Of a stretch of DNA of 64,000 bases, positions 61,114 to 64,000 are shown in pieces. This DNA is from Hydrolagus affinis. Its lineage: Eukaryota. The DNA is taken from contig JAAILG010000195.1 of assembly GCA_012026655.1 (NCBI GenBank), positions 1 through 64,000 on the forward strand, given 5' to 3'. The notes beneath the pieces are model-generated. The model saw only the letters and a program-made list of their open reading frames with translations. It was not told the DNA's origin and searched no databases. Positions within the stretch are counted from its first letter, which is position 1, and each line of letters starts with the position of its first letter. The position numbers and the translations under genes are program-made.

Positions 61114-63913
61114 AAGAGTTCCAAATTCCTTTGAACTACAAATCGTTAACTCTGAGAAATTCTGGAGGTAAAGAAAGATTTGCTAATTGCTGTCTTCAAA
61201 TCACAATTAATCAGCATGTTTAGCAATTTGTGCTTCGGTACCATTCAGCATTGGAAGTGCTTTGATTTAACTGGAAACCTTGTAAGTGGGTCAGTGGAAG
61301 ACTATCATTCACATGGAACAAAGTAATTAAGTCCCACAGTATATGTATATAAAACAAAATGGCACAATTTTGCAAAGACTCTCAAAATTGTTTTAAGGTA
61401 CAATTTGATTATATGTTTTAATGTTTTTATAAGTATTCCATAGTATTTTTCTTCATTATGCTGTTTAAGGCTCTCTGCAAAGATCAAGTGGTGCAGATAG
61501 CTGATCTGACAGGAGGGACAATGAGTTAGCTCTGCTAATTTACCAGTGTAGAAACACCATAACTCATGATCATGAAAGAATACTCAGAATTCACAAAGTC
61601 CTGCTTATTCTGTGGATCTTCCTTCAGTACTATAAATTACTTAATTAACTTGCAGAGTACCACACATAGGTTGAATGGTCATTTTCTAATCTATTCATCT
61701 ACATTTTCTATCTTTGGGCCTGGCATTAAATTTAGAAATGGTGTCAACAGAATAGTGTATAGTATTTCATAGTATACATTATACAAACATCCCCCTTTTC
61801 CCCCCTAAACACCTTTTTAAAAATAATCTTTTAATTTTTGTCAAAACTATGGTGTTAACCATGGAAATGAAACAAAAAGCTGCATCTAATGTGATAATTA
61901 TCAACAGTGACAATTGTCGCATGAAATCTCAGCATTATTGTCACATGATATCCAGCATATTTGCCCCATTTAGATCACGCATTGCTGACTGGCTGAAAAG
62001 ATGGGGAGGTGACTTGCTCCTAGGCCTCTGCCAATGCTGCTCTGTAATCAGTTGCTAGGAGATTCACAAGCAATGTTTGGTGACTCTCCTGTAATTTTCC
62101 CTCCTTCCCTACAGGGACTTGGCGGGATCCCTCTCAGTGCCTTCCACAAGAACAAAGCCAAGATTTAGAGCAGATTGGACAGGGAATCATGTCCCAATGT
62201 TATCTTAGCATTCTTGAACTGTGCCATTTCACCACTGATAGATCTTTATGCATGATTTATGAAACAGAAAAAATGATCTTCTATTTCATGTACCTTTAAT
62301 CCACTTATAACTTTTTATACCTGTTTGCAGTTATTCCATATCATTTTCACTTTATATGAGCATCATCCTTTGTGTAATACAAACCATCCAATTGCAGGAT
62401 CATTGAAACTAAGTGATTGTGTGTTTTGTAGGCAAATGCAGCAGCCAATTTGTACATAACAATGTCCCACAAATAACCAAATATAGATGTTTGAGAAAAA
62501 CACTGAACTGTACAAAGTGGATTCTGCTGCAGATCTAATTTTCCAAAGTGAACAATATGAGGACAATAAACTGTAGCTATTCCAAATATAATCTCTGTCT
62601 AGCAAACACCCTTGAGCAATGTGTATGCACCTTTATTCCTACAGAAACAAATTTCTTGCATGAATCACGTTTGATGCATAGTGAAGAAAATAATCAACAG
62701 TGTTCAATAGAGCTCAGAATTGGAACACTATGTGGGAACAACTAAAAAAAACATTTATATGAACAAATTATTTGAATAATAATTAATGATGTGTTGCTTT
62801 GCTTTGTGAAACCACTCTATTAAAACAATAAGTGGTTCGCTAAAAGTTGTTATTGGCTATTTCTGATATATCATATTTGCTTTCGTTTTCAAACTTTGCT
62901 TGTTTTCATATTTTCAAAATATTTTTGTTTATACAGCTGTAAAGAATTCTTTCTTTGTAAATCATTTTGCTTCAAAATTAATTATCATGTGGTGACACAA
63001 GAATCACCTCTTGCTTTCCTCTCCTTTGCCATTTCCTTTTATTCACTAATTAAACAATTTCCCCTGTGTGATTATTCAAGTGCAAGTCCCCTTGCAAGAG
63101 CTGAAATCCCATGGGATGTTTTAATTTATATTTCTTACACACACAGAATGCTCGAGAACTCTGAACTACCTCAGTCATAATAATCATCTCTTACCATCCA
63201 CAGACCACATGTCTTAAAAATTGTTGTTCCTAATATTTGAATGAAAGAAACAGACCTGGAGTAAAGGACAGTGAACTTTATAATCCATTACTAATGTTTC
63301 TTGCTTGTTTGGACTGCTCTTGGATGCACATATCATAAATATGTAACAAACCCTTTTATAATAGGCAAACCAGTTTGCATTGACACAGTTTCATTGTACC
63401 AAGCATCTGACTGGCCCCATTTATATTGTAGTGTCTTACAATTATCTTGCTCATGTGAAATTGGTTAGTGTGCTATTTACTAATTTTAGTGAACTATTAT
63501 GTGCTGGGAGATGGCTCTGTTATCACAAAATTATTCTACAGATAGATGTAATTTGAAAAACAGAGAAGGATGTGCAAATTTATTTCATGTGAACAAGTGT
63601 TTTAGAATAATTTCACTAAATCTGATAATTTGATCCATATATGTATATCTATGCAAAATATATATATTTATACAATATATACATCCTCATATATACAATT
63701 TTTACCAAGATTCTGCAACATGACAACTCAAGGCTAAAAAATAAAACCCAGAGATGTTCTGTACAAAAAACATATTTACTTTATTAATGCTACAAGAATC
63801 GATTATTTAACACAAGGAATAATATTGTAAATGGAACCAAAGTATTCTCTTCTGCCGCATTTTTCTGCTCACCCTATCCATTCCCCCATTCAACACTGTA
63901 CCAGTGTTATAAA

Positions 63914-63981
63914 ATAACAACAACAACAAAATTACATTTGTATAGCGCCTTTCACATCAGAAGGACATCCTAAGGCGCTGG
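63914..63981 (-). mobile_element. L2 3' tail fragment
   Basis: (AAC)n AAAATTACATTTGTATAGCGCCTTTCACATCAGAAGGACATCCTAAGGCGCTG. Confidence 0.8.
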
Positions 63982-64000
63982 ATAGTTATTGATTCAGACC

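Overview
AT-rich, CpG-poor, non-coding vertebrate genomic DNA with one 100-N assembly gap (13770-13869). The repeat complement (tRNA-headed SINEs with L2-type tails, Deu-domain SINEs, an AmnSINE2-like relic, L2 and CR1 LINE fragments, Penelope-like termini, hAT and Tigger-like MITEs) points to a cartilaginous fish, plausibly a holocephalan such as the elephant shark (inference). No host protein-coding gene can be called with confidence. Nearly all listed ORFs are chance ORFs, SINE read-throughs or LINE fragments. The window reads as a large intron or gene desert with several repeat-free, homeodomain-motif-rich blocks (candidate conserved enhancers) and one plausible 153-nt exon (25984-26136). 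Main highlights: a TSD-flanked Penelope-like 97-bp inverted repeat encoding a minimal hammerhead ribozyme on both strands (33388-33632); a mosaic SINE family with two co-segregating subfamilies; an L2 whose ORF2 reads into its 3' recognition element; a hAT end carrying ZNF143/YY1-type promoter motifs; and an old palindromic MITE-like family. Family names come from recalled consensus features, not database searches. Boundaries of old repeats are approximate.
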